Assembly (NCBI GenBank): GCA_041158505.1
Contig: JBEBBG010000009.1
Location: 5,157-69,156 of the forward strand
Reading direction: 5' to 3'
Length of the DNA stretch: 64,000 nucleotides
DNA from: Candidatus Parcubacteria bacterium
GTDB lineage: Bacteria; Patescibacteriota; Minisyncoccia; Phycocordibacterales; JAACPR01
Positions within the stretch are counted from its first letter, which is position 1, and each line of letters opens with the position of its first letter. Below, piece by piece: positions 36,821-46,902 of the stretch. The position numbers were made by a program, and so were the translations under genes. The notes beneath the pieces were generated by a model. The model had not been told where the DNA came from and searched no databases. It saw nothing but the letters and a program-made list of their open reading frames with translations.

Positions 36821-38323
36821 ATGGAGCAGACCAAACGTTCAGCAAAGAAAAAAGTTGTCATTATTGGTGCTGGACCAGGAGGATTGAGCGCGGGAATGAT
36901 CCTAGCCGCGCGTGGATACGACGTACATATCTACGAACGTCAGGCAGTACCAGGAGGCCGTAATGCATCGATGCAGGTTAATGGCTTTACGTTCGACATC
37001 GGCCCAACATTCCTGCTCATGAAGTACATTTTAGACCAGACTTTTGCGCTCGCTGGTAAACGCTCAGAAGACTACCTCACATTCACAAAGCTTGATCCTA
37101 TGTACGTGCTCAACTTCCCGGATGCCAAGCTCAACGTTTCTTCAGATCACGACAAAATGTATGAGGAAATTAAGCGCGTTTTTCCTGGTGATGAAGAAGG
37201 ATTTCGCGCCTTTCTTACAGCAGAGAAAAAGAAGTTCGATACCATGTACCCATGCCTTGAAACGGACTACTCATCGCTCAAACGAATGTTCTCTCGTAAG
37301 TTACTCCGTGCACTTCCGTATATGGATGCCTTTAAGAGCGTATATGACGTTGCGGCAAAGTACTTTAAGCACGAGCTTTTGAGACTCTCATTTACCTTTC
37401 AAGCAAAGTACCTCGGCATGTCACCATGGAAGTGTCCTGGCGCATTTGGGATTCTGTCATACATCGAGCATGTTGCCGGTATTTACCACGTTGAAGGAGG
37501 TCTTAGTTCAATTTCTGAAGCTATGGCAAAGGTTATCACCGAGCTTGGCGGAACGATTCACTACAACACTTCGGTCGCATCAATTGAAACTGCTGGTCGA
37601 ACCATCACCGGCCTCACGCTTGCCAACGGTGAACATGTAGAGGGCGATGTTTTTGTACTCAATGCAGACTTTGCATATGCAACGACGCACCTTTTTAAAG
37701 AGGGGGCGCTCAAGAAGTACACAAAGAAAAAGGTGGAAAAGCTCGAGTACTCATGCTCAACGTACATGCTCTACCTTGGCGTTGATAAAGTCTACGATGA
37801 GCCGCACCATCAAATCGTGTTTGCAAATGACTACCATGCAAACTTGAATGACATTTTTGACAACCATAAGCTCTCAAAAGATTTTTCACTCTACATTAGA
37901 AACGCAACACCGCGTGATGCAACACTGGCGCCAGAGGGAAAGAGTTCTCTGTACGTTCTTGTTCCAGTGCCAAACAACCAAAAATCCGGCATCGATTGGG
38001 CAATAGAGGGGCCACGAATTCGTAAAGAGATTTTCTGTGTTCTCAAAGAGCGTACCTCATTTACAGATCTCGAAGAGCACATTGTAACCGAACGCATCAT
38101 CACACCAAAAGATTGGGAGGGGGGACATAACGTCTTTTTTGGCGCGACCTTTAACCTTTCACACAAACTCTCACAAATGCTCTACCTCCGACCTCGTAAC
38201 CGTTTCGAGGAATTTACCAACTGCTACCTCGTTGGTGGCGGAACACACCCGGGCAGCGGTTTACCAACAATTTACGAGAGCGCACGTATTAGCAGCAACT
38301 TAATTGATCAGTACCATGGGTAG
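36821..38323 (+). CDS. phytoene desaturase (CrtI)-family FAD/NAD(P)-binding oxidoreductase
   Basis: Rossmann GxGxxG motif KVVIIGAGPGGLSAGMILAARGYDVHIYERQAVPGGR. CrtI-like C-terminal ...CYLVGGGTHPGSGLP. Confidence 0.7.
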   Translation: MEQTKRSAKKKVVIIGAGPGGLSAGMILAARGYDVHIYERQAVPGGRNASMQVNGFTFDIGPTFLLMKYILDQTFALAGKRSEDYLTFTKLDPMYVLNFPDAKLNVSSDHDKMYEEIKRVFPGDEEGFRAFLTAEKKKFDTMYPCLETDYSSLKRMFSRKLLRALPYMDAFKSVYDVAAKYFKHELLRLSFTFQAKYLGMSPWKCPGAFGILSYIEHVAGIYHVEGGLSSISEAMAKVITELGGTIHYNTSVASIETAGRTITGLTLANGEHVEGDVFVLNADFAYATTHLFKEGALKKYTKKKVEKLEYSCSTYMLYLGVDKVYDEPHHQIVFANDYHANLNDIFDNHKLSKDFSLYIRNATPRDATLAPEGKSSLYVLVPVPNNQKSGIDWAIEGPRIRKEIFCVLKERTSFTDLEEHIVTERIITPKDWEGGHNVFFGATFNLSHKLSQMLYLRPRNRFEEFTNCYLVGGGTHPGSGLPTIYESARISSNLIDQYHG

Positions 38324-39521
38324 CATTCAATTCATACAGCTCATTTGGGAACTGTACTTTAAAAAAGGACTACCTAATCTCGAAAAAATACAGCGGTGGG
38401 GAGTACTTGCTATTAAAATTGCACAGGTGCACGCACTGCGCATTGATTTCCTTGGTCCAGAAAAAACGACACACCTTGCAAAGCTCTACCGTGGTAGCAC
38501 ACCAATCAGTGCAGAGAAGATTGCACCAGTACTTGATCGTTTTATGGCTACACACGGCACCGAGGTTGCACACCTGGAACGCGAGCCTTTTGCAGCGGCA
38601 TCAGTTGGGCAGGTGTATCGCATGAAGCTTCGCAATGGAGATGATGCAGTACTCAAAGTGCTCAAACAGGATTTCAAGAAAAACTTTGCTCGAGACGTCG
38701 CGCGCATTAAGCGTCTTTTTAAGACGTTTATTTTCTTCTACCCAAAACTCAAGAGTGTCGGCAACCCACTCGGTATCATTGAAGACATTGAGACCTACAC
38801 ATTAACGGAACTCGACTTACGAAATGAAACCAAAGGTCAGCAGACACTGCGCGATATCAAAGATCAGTATAAAACAAAACTCGACTTAGAAGCGCTCGAT
38901 TTTGTGCAGATCTATGAAGACCTCTCATCGGAGGATGTGCTCGTCTCTCGGTTCATTGACGCACCAACCTTTGACGAGCTACTCAGTGAGGGGAAACTTA
39001 CCTACGACGACCTCCTCAAACTGTTTTACGTACACGGTTTTTATATGTTTATTGTTGGTACCTTTCATGGCGACGTACATCCAGGCAATGTGCTCTACAA
39101 AGATGGGAAGCTATACTTTGTTGACGCTGCATACATTGGTACCGTGAGTACCAAGCTTCGCCAGGGTCTCTTCTCATTCTTTACCGGGCTTGCAAACGAC
39201 GACTTCACACTCTCTGCGCAAGCGCTGCACAGTATGTCTGATGTCCAGCTCTCAGAAACGCAGTACGCTGCATTTGAGAAAAAGTTCCTAGAGCTCTACA
39301 GTGACTTTGGTGGTAAAACGGTTTCAGAGAAAAGCCTCACTACCCAGATGATGCAAACTATTAAACTTGGCATCATGCACGGCATGCACTTTGAGCAAGG
39401 TATTTTTGCAATTATTCGCAGCCTCATGTACCTTGATGGCATGGTACTACGTTGCAAGCCAGACGCAGTTATCTTGCATGACATGCGCCGCTTCATTGAC
39501 GCGTACAAGCCGCTCGTCTAG
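38304..39521 (+). CDS. ABC1/UbiB (ADCK) atypical kinase family protein
   Basis: ...AAASVGQVYRMKLRNGDDAVLKV... (Lys motif) and the catalytic FHGDVHPGNVLY...FVDAAYIG. The start may instead be the ATG at 38316, which overlaps the previous stop by 8 nt. Confidence 0.7.
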   Translation: MISTMGSIQFIQLIWELYFKKGLPNLEKIQRWGVLAIKIAQVHALRIDFLGPEKTTHLAKLYRGSTPISAEKIAPVLDRFMATHGTEVAHLEREPFAAASVGQVYRMKLRNGDDAVLKVLKQDFKKNFARDVARIKRLFKTFIFFYPKLKSVGNPLGIIEDIETYTLTELDLRNETKGQQTLRDIKDQYKTKLDLEALDFVQIYEDLSSEDVLVSRFIDAPTFDELLSEGKLTYDDLLKLFYVHGFYMFIVGTFHGDVHPGNVLYKDGKLYFVDAAYIGTVSTKLRQGLFSFFTGLANDDFTLSAQALHSMSDVQLSETQYAAFEKKFLELYSDFGGKTVSEKSLTTQMMQTIKLGIMHGMHFEQGIFAIIRSLMYLDGMVLRCKPDAVILHDMRRFIDAYKPLV

Positions 39522-39530
39522 TATAAACCC

Positions 39531-40508
39531 ATGGCAAAACCAATTCTCCTCTCAGGTGTAAAGGCAACCGGTGATCCGCACATCGGTAATTACTTTGGTG
39601 CAATCAAGCAGTTTGTGGACATGCAGCACGACTACGACACGCACGTATTCATTCCAGACCTGCACTCACTGACGAGCGTCAAAGACCGCGCACAGCTCGA
39701 GCACAACATTTTTGAAACAATGCTCACGTACCTTGCTGCAGGACTCGATCCAAAGCGAGTAACCTTCTTTAAGCAATCAGACGTACCACAGGTAACTGAG
39801 CTAACCTGGATGTTTAACTGCCTCACCACAATGCCGTACCTGATGCGTGCACACGCGTTTAAGGATGCAGAAGCAAAGAATAAAGAAATCAACGTCGGTA
39901 TTTTTGATTACCCAGTCCTGATGGCCGCAGATATCCTGCTTCCGGGAGCGGCAATTGTACCTGTGGGCAAAGATCAGGAGCAGCACGTCGAAATTGCGCG
40001 TGACATCGCTGAGAAGTTTAACCGCACGTACGGCGACACGTTCTCACTTCCAAAAGCACTGATCAAAGAAGACGTAGCGGTCGTGCCAGGTACTGACGGA
40101 CAAAAAATGAGCAAAAGCTACGGCAATGTCATCTCACTCTTTGCAACCGATGATGAAATCGACAAGCTCGTGGCAACCATTCCAACTGATTCAACACCCG
40201 TTGATGCTCCCAAAAACCCAGACACCAGCAACATTTTCAATATTCATAAGCTCTTGCTCGATGAGGCGGGTGTTGCAGCTCTTCGAAAACGATACGAAAC
40301 TCCAGGCATGAGCTACAAAGATGCAAAGGATGCCCTGAAGCAGGATCTCAAGGCTTTTATCGCACCATTTCGAGAGCGCCGAGCATACTGGGAAAAGAAT
40401 CGCGGCAAAGTCCTCAAAATCCTCAAAAAGGGTGGGGCAAAAATGCACAAGCGTGCCGAAGCAACCATGCGCGATATCCGCACCAAAGTTGGGTTGACCC
40501 TCTCATAG
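39531..40508 (+). CDS. trpS: tryptophanyl-tRNA synthetase
   Basis: Class I HIGH-type GDPHIGNYFG and KMSKS. ~325 aa, as typical for TrpS. Confidence 0.9.
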   Translation: MAKPILLSGVKATGDPHIGNYFGAIKQFVDMQHDYDTHVFIPDLHSLTSVKDRAQLEHNIFETMLTYLAAGLDPKRVTFFKQSDVPQVTELTWMFNCLTTMPYLMRAHAFKDAEAKNKEINVGIFDYPVLMAADILLPGAAIVPVGKDQEQHVEIARDIAEKFNRTYGDTFSLPKALIKEDVAVVPGTDGQKMSKSYGNVISLFATDDEIDKLVATIPTDSTPVDAPKNPDTSNIFNIHKLLLDEAGVAALRKRYETPGMSYKDAKDALKQDLKAFIAPFRERRAYWEKNRGKVLKILKKGGAKMHKRAEATMRDIRTKVGLTLS

Positions 40509-40585
40509 TAAGCTGCGCTCAGCGCTTTATCATATCTTCATAACCTGCTAGAATAGGCCCGTTATAAGGCGTAATTGGGGAATAT

Positions 40586-41197
40586 ATGAAAATCGTACTT
40601 GGAATTGTTGTTGTACTCGTGATCATCGCGGCAGCGGTGCTACTCTTTAGCCCAAAAGCACCACAGGACGTGCAGCAGGCGGTCGTTGGTGATGCTCCAG
40701 CAGCAGAGCAGGCAACCACCACAGAAGCAGCCATGGTAGATGCAGGCGTTGAAATTACTTCATTTAACTTTACTGGATACGGCCCTGGCAAATCACATCT
40801 AGGTACCTTTGAGCAGTACGAAGTAAGCAATGTTGCAGTTGATGCAAATGGTCTTCCAACCGCTGGTACCGTTACCTTCTACGTTGACTCTATCAAGACA
40901 GATGCGGCAATGCTCGACACCCACCTTAAGGAAAAGAAAGAATTCTTTGAGAGCGCAACGTACCCAACGGTTACCTTCAAGCTCGCAAGCGTTGCTGACA
41001 AAGGAAACGGTATGTACGACGTGACTGGAGACCTTACCGTAAAGAACGTTACCAAGCGCATTACCTTTGGTGTAACTGCTGCAGCAGACAAAACCTTTAG
41101 CTCAGAATTTCGTGTAGCGATGGATCAGTTTGGATTTACTGCACCTGGCATTGTCGACAACGAAGTACTCGTGAAGTTTAGCGGTAAGGCACAGTAA
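40586..41197 (+). CDS. YceI-like (polyisoprenoid-binding) domain protein, secreted or anchored
   Basis: N-terminal TM or signal. YceI beta-barrel signature ...FYVDSIKTDAAMLDTHLKEKKEFFESATYPTVTFK...GDLTVKNVTKRITF. Confidence 0.7.
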   Translation: MKIVLGIVVVLVIIAAAVLLFSPKAPQDVQQAVVGDAPAAEQATTTEAAMVDAGVEITSFNFTGYGPGKSHLGTFEQYEVSNVAVDANGLPTAGTVTFYVDSIKTDAAMLDTHLKEKKEFFESATYPTVTFKLASVADKGNGMYDVTGDLTVKNVTKRITFGVTAAADKTFSSEFRVAMDQFGFTAPGIVDNEVLVKFSGKAQ

Positions 41198-41223
41198 TCG
41201 CCTTCGAAGCAGTATCACTTCTC

Positions 41224-42588
41224 ATGACAACACCACTACACAAGCTCACGGAGCACACAGGACAAGAAGTAACCATTGGCGGATGGGTTGATGTTCGTCG
41301 CGACCACGGCAAGCTCATCTTCATGGATATCCGTGATGGTAGTGGGTACGTGCAGGCAGTGGTGCTTCCTGAGCACACAGATGCACTCGCTGTTGCAACC
41401 ACGCTTCGCAGCGAAGACGTCGTACGCGTCACTGGCAAGGTAAATGCTCGTCCGGAGCGCATGGTCAAAGAGGGAATGAACGGCTCAATTGAACTTGAGG
41501 TGCTTGGTATCGAGGTGCTCAGCAAAGCGCAAGAGCTTCCGTTTGATCCAGACACCGACCTTAACCTCGACACCTTGCTCGACTACCGACCGTTGACGCT
41601 CCGCAGCCGACGCGAGCGAGCAATCTTTAAGGTGCAGGCAGAAATCGTGCGTGCGTACCGAGAGTTCCTTAACAAAGAAGGCTTCACCGAGTTCCAATCA
41701 CCAAAGCTCGTAGGTGGGGATGCAGAAGGAGGTGCAGGTGTGTTTAAGGTTGAGTACTTCAAATCACAAGATGCATACCTCGCAACCAGCCCACAGTTCT
41801 ACAAGCAGATGATGGTTGGCGTCTTTGAGCGCGTCTTTGCAATTGGTAACGTGTACCGCGCAGAGAAGCACTCAACCTCTCGTCACATCAATGAGTACAC
41901 CAGCATGGACCTCGAAATGGGCTTCATCAACGACCACACCGACATCATGGCGATGGAAACACGCCTCCTGCGACACATGATCACGCACCTCGAAGCAACG
42001 GTTGCCGAAGAATTCAAAACGCTCGGTGCCACACTTCCTGTTGCTCCAGAAACGTTCCCGTCATTTAAGCTCCGCGAAGCACAGCAGCTCATCAAAGAAA
42101 AAACAGGTGAGGACTGCACCCAGGAACCTGACCTTGAGCCACAGCACGAGCGTTGGCTTTCAACGTACGCAAAGGAAGAACTCGGCTCAGACTTCGTGTT
42201 CATCACGCACTACCCAGTGTCAAAGCGGCCTGCGTACACCTTTGAAGATGAAGCAGACCCTGGATTTACCAAGAGCTTCGACCTACTCTTCCGTGGCGTC
42301 GAAATCACCACTGGCGGACAGCGTATTCACAACCACGACCTACTCGTTGAGAAGCTCAAAGCAAAAGGGCTTGACCCAGCAAACTTCAGCTTCTATCTCC
42401 AAGCATTCAAGTACGGCATGCCACCACATGGCGGGCTTGGTATGGGTCTTGAGCGATTAACCGCAAAGATGCTCGGTCTCGACAATGTTAAAGAAGCAAC
42501 ACTTTTCCCACGAGACCTTAACCGTATCGACACCTTGCTTTCAAAGGGAAGCAGCGCGCCTGAGGAAGATACATCGGCTGCGGCCTAA
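41224..42588 (+). CDS. aspS: aspartyl-tRNA synthetase, archaeal/type-2 (class IIb; likely non-discriminating)
   Basis: N-terminal OB fold. Motif 1 region. FKVEYFKSQDAYLATSPQFYKQ (the AspRS type-2 QSPQLYKQ signature). Motif 3 MPPHGGLGMGLERL. 454 aa. Confidence 0.8.
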   Translation: MTTPLHKLTEHTGQEVTIGGWVDVRRDHGKLIFMDIRDGSGYVQAVVLPEHTDALAVATTLRSEDVVRVTGKVNARPERMVKEGMNGSIELEVLGIEVLSKAQELPFDPDTDLNLDTLLDYRPLTLRSRRERAIFKVQAEIVRAYREFLNKEGFTEFQSPKLVGGDAEGGAGVFKVEYFKSQDAYLATSPQFYKQMMVGVFERVFAIGNVYRAEKHSTSRHINEYTSMDLEMGFINDHTDIMAMETRLLRHMITHLEATVAEEFKTLGATLPVAPETFPSFKLREAQQLIKEKTGEDCTQEPDLEPQHERWLSTYAKEELGSDFVFITHYPVSKRPAYTFEDEADPGFTKSFDLLFRGVEITTGGQRIHNHDLLVEKLKAKGLDPANFSFYLQAFKYGMPPHGGLGMGLERLTAKMLGLDNVKEATLFPRDLNRIDTLLSKGSSAPEEDTSAAA

Positions 42589-42594
42589 CACTCT

Positions 42595-43329
42595 ATGCAG
42601 CGCGACTTCACCGTCAAAACAGACGTCTTTGAAGGACCGCTTGAACTCCTACTCAACCTGATTGAAAAGCGAAAGCTGCTTATCAACGACATCGCGCTTT
42701 CGCAGGTTACCGACGACTACATCAGCTACATTAAAACGCATGAAGCCGAATTTCCAATCGGTAAAATTTCACACTTCATCGTGGTTGCCTCAACGCTGCT
42801 GCTGATTAAATCGAAGTCGCTACTCCCAACACTTGAGCTGACCGAAGAAGAAACTGCATCAGTTGAAGACCTTGAGCTACGTCTCAAAATCTACCAGCGC
42901 ATGAAGCTTGCAAGTGAAACGGTACGAAATACGCTTGGTAAAAATCCACTCTTTAGCAAGCAGTACGTTCGCCAAGAAGCAACGCCAACGTTTGCACCGC
43001 CTGCCGCACTTTCACTCGAGCAACTCACTGCAGCCGTCAAAGACTTTACAAAATCGCTGCCAAAGATTGAGCGCATTCCGCAAGCAGTCATCAAAAAAGT
43101 GGTCAGCCTTGAGGAAATGATTGGCCGCCTCACCACACGTATTCGTTCAGGTCTCCAGATGCGCTTCAAGGATTTTGCAGGAGTAGGGAAAGCAGAAAAG
43201 GTCGATGTGATTGTGAGCTTTCTCGCTATGCTAGAATTGGTGAAGCAAGGATTGATTGCAGTTGAGCAGCACAGTGATGGCGACATTCACATGCAGACAA
43301 ACGACGTCAGTACACCGAGCTACATGTAA
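42595..43329 (+). CDS. scpA: segregation and condensation protein A
   Basis: ...FEGPLELLLNLIEKRKLLINDIALSQVTDDYISYI... Confidence 0.8.
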   Translation: MQRDFTVKTDVFEGPLELLLNLIEKRKLLINDIALSQVTDDYISYIKTHEAEFPIGKISHFIVVASTLLLIKSKSLLPTLELTEEETASVEDLELRLKIYQRMKLASETVRNTLGKNPLFSKQYVRQEATPTFAPPAALSLEQLTAAVKDFTKSLPKIERIPQAVIKKVVSLEEMIGRLTTRIRSGLQMRFKDFAGVGKAEKVDVIVSFLAMLELVKQGLIAVEQHSDGDIHMQTNDVSTPSYM

Positions 43330-43334
43330 TACGT

Positions 43335-43949
43335 ATGGAACTTTCTTTGCAATCACAACTCGAAAGCTTGCTCTTCTGGAAAGGGGAACCTGTATCACTC
43401 GCCGAGCTCGCAAAGCTCACGGGTAGTACCCCTGCAGACTGTAGCGTTGCCCTTGAAGCACTCCAGCAGCACCTCGCCAGCGAAGCGCGGGGTATTGTGT
43501 TAGTTGTTGCCGGTGACACGTACGAGCTTGCGACCGCTCCTGCAATGGCAACAAAAATTGCCGCGTTGACCCGCGAAGAACTGACTAAAGATCTCTCAAA
43601 AGCAGCCCTTGAAACGCTCTCAATCGTGCTCTACCGCGGTCCGATTCGACGTAGCGAAATCGACTACATTCGCGGCGTTAACTCACAGTTCATTTTGCGC
43701 ATGCTCGCGATTCGCGGTCTCGTTGTCCGCACCAGCGATCCACACGATGAACGCGCCTTTACCTACGGCCCAAGCATTGAGCTCCTCAAGCTGCTTGGTG
43801 TAGAATCTGCAGCATCATTGCCTGATTTTGCACAAGTAAACGCAGACATCGAAGGATTTATCGCCGCACAACGAGGAGAAGAGAAGCAGACACCAACCGA
43901 CGCCGTAACCGAAACAAATGCACATGGATCAGATCAACCAGCAGCTTAA
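43335..43949 (+). CDS. scpB: segregation and condensation protein B
   Basis: ...LESLLFWKGEPVSLAELAKLTG... tandem winged-helix ScpB pattern ...IVLYRGPIRRSEIDYIRGV... Confidence 0.8.
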   Translation: MELSLQSQLESLLFWKGEPVSLAELAKLTGSTPADCSVALEALQQHLASEARGIVLVVAGDTYELATAPAMATKIAALTREELTKDLSKAALETLSIVLYRGPIRRSEIDYIRGVNSQFILRMLAIRGLVVRTSDPHDERAFTYGPSIELLKLLGVESAASLPDFAQVNADIEGFIAAQRGEEKQTPTDAVTETNAHGSDQPAA

Positions 43950-44919
43950 AAAAATGGAGGAGCATAAGGAGCTCTTTTTGACTGCGGGGATTATTACCAT
44001 TCTCGTCCTCATTCTGCTTGGCATGTTTTTATTTATGAGCAACCGAAGTGCGGTCGACGCAGCCCAAGAAGGAGATGCTGCTGCACTCGCAACTACCACC
44101 GAACCTGTCTACAACCCGTTTGATGACGTTCGGATTGCCGCCCAAGCGGCAATTGTAAAAGACCTCCGCTCGGGCAAGGTGCTTTACGAGAAAAACGCAT
44201 ACGCACCACTGCCACTGGCCTCAATCACCAAGGTAGTAACTGCACTTACCGCAGCAGACATCTTTAAAGCCGAGGGCAAAACCGCAGTTCAAATTACTGC
44301 AGCACACTTGGCACCAGAAGGCGACGATAGCCTTATTCCAGGCGAACACTTCACTGTACCTGACCTCCTCAACTACACCCTGGTCGCATCATCAAACGAC
44401 GGTGCACGTGCACTGGCACAAAGCGCAGGATCACTCATTGCCACACCTCCACAAACAGGGCTCGAAGCATTCATCGCTCGCATGAACACGGTAGCGGCAA
44501 CAGCCGGCATGGAAAAGGCAACCTTCTACAACGAATCAGGACTGGATGAAGATGAAGCCGCACGAGAAGCAGGCGCATTTGCATCGGCGCGCGACGTTGC
44601 GGAACTCTTTGCGTACACGCTCAACAACGCACCGCAGCTCCTCGAAGCAACACGTGCCGACAACCTGACCGTAGAATCAAAGGAAGGCTACGCACACAAA
44701 ACTGCAAACACCAACAAGGTCGTCGGAGACCTCCCAAACATCATCGGCTCAAAAACCGGCTACACCTACACTGCAGGCGGCAACCTGGCAGTGGTGATTG
44801 ATCCATCACTTGGCCAGCCAATCGTGATCGTTGTCCTTGGTTCATCAAAGGAAGGTCGCTTTGCAGACGTAGAGCGCCTCGCAGCTGCAACGCTTGAGCA
44901 GCTCTCACTTAGCGAGTAA
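43918..44919 (+). CDS. D-alanyl-D-alanine carboxypeptidase (PBP5/DacA-like serine peptidase)
   Basis: N-terminal TM. SxxK (LASITKVV), SxN (SSND), KTG (SKTGYT). The start may be a downstream ATG (43924 or 43957). Confidence 0.7.
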   Translation: MHMDQINQQLKKMEEHKELFLTAGIITILVLILLGMFLFMSNRSAVDAAQEGDAAALATTTEPVYNPFDDVRIAAQAAIVKDLRSGKVLYEKNAYAPLPLASITKVVTALTAADIFKAEGKTAVQITAAHLAPEGDDSLIPGEHFTVPDLLNYTLVASSNDGARALAQSAGSLIATPPQTGLEAFIARMNTVAATAGMEKATFYNESGLDEDEAAREAGAFASARDVAELFAYTLNNAPQLLEATRADNLTVESKEGYAHKTANTNKVVGDLPNIIGSKTGYTYTAGGNLAVVIDPSLGQPIVIVVLGSSKEGRFADVERLAAATLEQLSLSE

Positions 44920-44928
44920 CATACACCT

Positions 44929-46005
44929 ATGGAAATCCTCGATATCATCAAAGTCATTGTCCCAACCACGCTCTCGTTCTTTGTTGGTATCGCGATTACA
45001 CCAACCATCACCAACTTTCTCTACAAACATGAAATGTGGAAGAAAAAAGCAGGGAAGGTGGCAGTGACCGGTGAGGCAACACCAATCTACGACAAGCTCT
45101 ACGAGAAGCGCGACGTCGGCACGCCACGTATGGGTGGCACGGTGATTTGGCTCTCGGTGTTTATCGTTGGCGCACTCATCTGGACACTCTCTCGCTTTAC
45201 CGACACTGGCCTCTTCGACAAAATCGAGTTCGTCAGCCGTAACCAAACCTGGATTCCATTCTGGGCGCTGCTCATTGGCGCGCTCGTTGGACTGCTCGAT
45301 GACTGGCTCGAGATCAAAGGCTCACGCAACCACGTTGCAGGAGGGCTGTCGCTCAAGCTCCGGCTCTGCATCGTGGCGATGATTGGTATTTTTGTAGGAC
45401 TCTGGTTCTTTACCAAGCTCGACGTAGTGGCAATCGGCGTACCGTTTCTGGGCATGATTACGGTTGGGTGGCTGATTGTGCCGTTTTACGTGGTTATTAT
45501 GCTTGCAGTCTATGCAGGTGGAGTGATTGATGGCCTCGACGGCCTCTCTGGTGGCGTATTTGCGTCTATTTTTGCCGCGTACGGCATCTACGCCTTTTCA
45601 CTCGGACAGCTCGACCTAGCGGCATTTTGCGGCTTGCTCGTTGGTAGTATTTTGGCCTTCCTTTGGTTCAACATTCCACCAGCACGCTTCTACATGTCTG
45701 AGACCGGCTCAATGGCGCTCACCATCACCGTTTCAATTCTAGCCTTTATGACCGACAGCTTGGCAGGCGGCATGGGTATCGGCATCTTGCCAATCGTGGC
45801 AATTCTCCTCTTTGCAACGGCTGCATCGAGCTTGCTCCAAGTCCTCTCAAAGAAGCTCCGGGGAGGGAAGAAGATTTTCCTCGCGGCACCGCTCCACCAC
45901 CACTTCGAAGCAATCGGCTGGTCCCAGTACAAGATTGTCATGCGCTACTGGGTCCTCGCAGTCATCTTTGCCGCACTGGGGCTGTTGGTGGCATTTGTGG
46001 GGTAG
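44929..46005 (+). CDS. mraY: phospho-N-acetylmuramoyl-pentapeptide transferase MraY
   Basis: Ten TM helices. GTPRMGG, LLDDWLEIKG (DDxxD), VIDGLDGLSGG, and the C-terminal HHHFE motif. Confidence 0.85.
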   Translation: MEILDIIKVIVPTTLSFFVGIAITPTITNFLYKHEMWKKKAGKVAVTGEATPIYDKLYEKRDVGTPRMGGTVIWLSVFIVGALIWTLSRFTDTGLFDKIEFVSRNQTWIPFWALLIGALVGLLDDWLEIKGSRNHVAGGLSLKLRLCIVAMIGIFVGLWFFTKLDVVAIGVPFLGMITVGWLIVPFYVVIMLAVYAGGVIDGLDGLSGGVFASIFAAYGIYAFSLGQLDLAAFCGLLVGSILAFLWFNIPPARFYMSETGSMALTITVSILAFMTDSLAGGMGIGILPIVAILLFATAASSLLQVLSKKLRGGKKIFLAAPLHHHFEAIGWSQYKIVMRYWVLAVIFAALGLLVAFVG

Positions 46006-46016
46006 AAACAAAGTAA

Positions 46017-46568
46017 ATGACTCAATACAAAATAAATAGCGGCGCGCAAAATAAAAATACAATCTCTATAGCAGAGTTGAAAGAACAAATTAAACAAGAA
46101 GCTTTTCGTCATTTAAAACACATTAAAGACAGTAGGAGTCATGCAGCTTTTAATCTAGCTTTCTTAAAGGCGACTATTTACATCGAAGAAATTCTAAAAG
46201 ATGTAAATTTTCATTTTGATAAGAATTTAAAAGACAAACCTCTAGGTAATCAAATTAACGCAATTAAAAAATATATTAATCTTGAACAAGAAACGGAGGA
46301 AGATCAAAAAATATACGAATCTGCTTTTGAAAAATTAGATTTTATTAATGAGATTCGGAAAAAGATTGCACATGATTTAGAATATAACTTAATTAATGAT
46401 AAAAATGCCTTAAATTCTATGCGGATAACAATCTTAGACTCAGAAGAAGAAAAAGCCAAAAAAGTTGCCTTATACTTTAAAGGTATTATTTTTCCTTTTC
46501 TTCACTTTAAATTAGGAATTAAGAACTTTGATAATTTCTTAATTCCCCTAGAACATGAATCCAATTAA
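46017..46568 (+). CDS. hypothetical protein; first gene of an AT-rich accessory operon
   Basis: 183 aa, Lys/Asn/Ile-rich, no motif. Starts 11 nt after the mraY stop. Overlaps the next gene by 14 nt. Confidence 0.45.
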   Translation: MTQYKINSGAQNKNTISIAELKEQIKQEAFRHLKHIKDSRSHAAFNLAFLKATIYIEEILKDVNFHFDKNLKDKPLGNQINAIKKYINLEQETEEDQKIYESAFEKLDFINEIRKKIAHDLEYNLINDKNALNSMRITILDSEEEKAKKVALYFKGIIFPFLHFKLGIKNFDNFLIPLEHESN

Positions 46569-46902
46569 ACGCCTCACAAAAGAAATAATTGCGTTTCGAA
46601 ACCGACGGAAGTGGAAACAATTCCATAATCCAAAAGACGTCGCACTTTCTTTAGTACTTGAGGCGACAGAGGTTATGGAACATTTTCAATGGAAAAGTCC
46701 TGAGGAAATGAAAACATACGTTAAGAAGAATAAAACAGCAATTAGCGAAGAACTTGCTGATGTTTTGTACTGGGTACTGCTGCTATCACACGATCTCAAT
46801 ATTGATATCGAGAAAGCACTAGACAATAAAATAAAAATCAATAACGAAAAATATCCTGTATCAAAAGCAAAGGGGAGTCATGCAAAGTACACAGAACTAT
46901 AG
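46555..46902 (+). CDS. MazG-like nucleoside triphosphate pyrophosphohydrolase (all-alpha NTP-PPase)
   Basis: LVLEATEVMEHF...EELADVLYWVLLLSHDLNIDIEKALDNKIKINNEKYP matches the MazG/DCTPP1-type EExxE...EELGDxL metal-binding pattern. 115 aa. Confidence 0.65.
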   Translation: MNPIKRLTKEIIAFRNRRKWKQFHNPKDVALSLVLEATEVMEHFQWKSPEEMKTYVKKNKTAISEELADVLYWVLLLSHDLNIDIEKALDNKIKINNEKYPVSKAKGSHAKYTEL

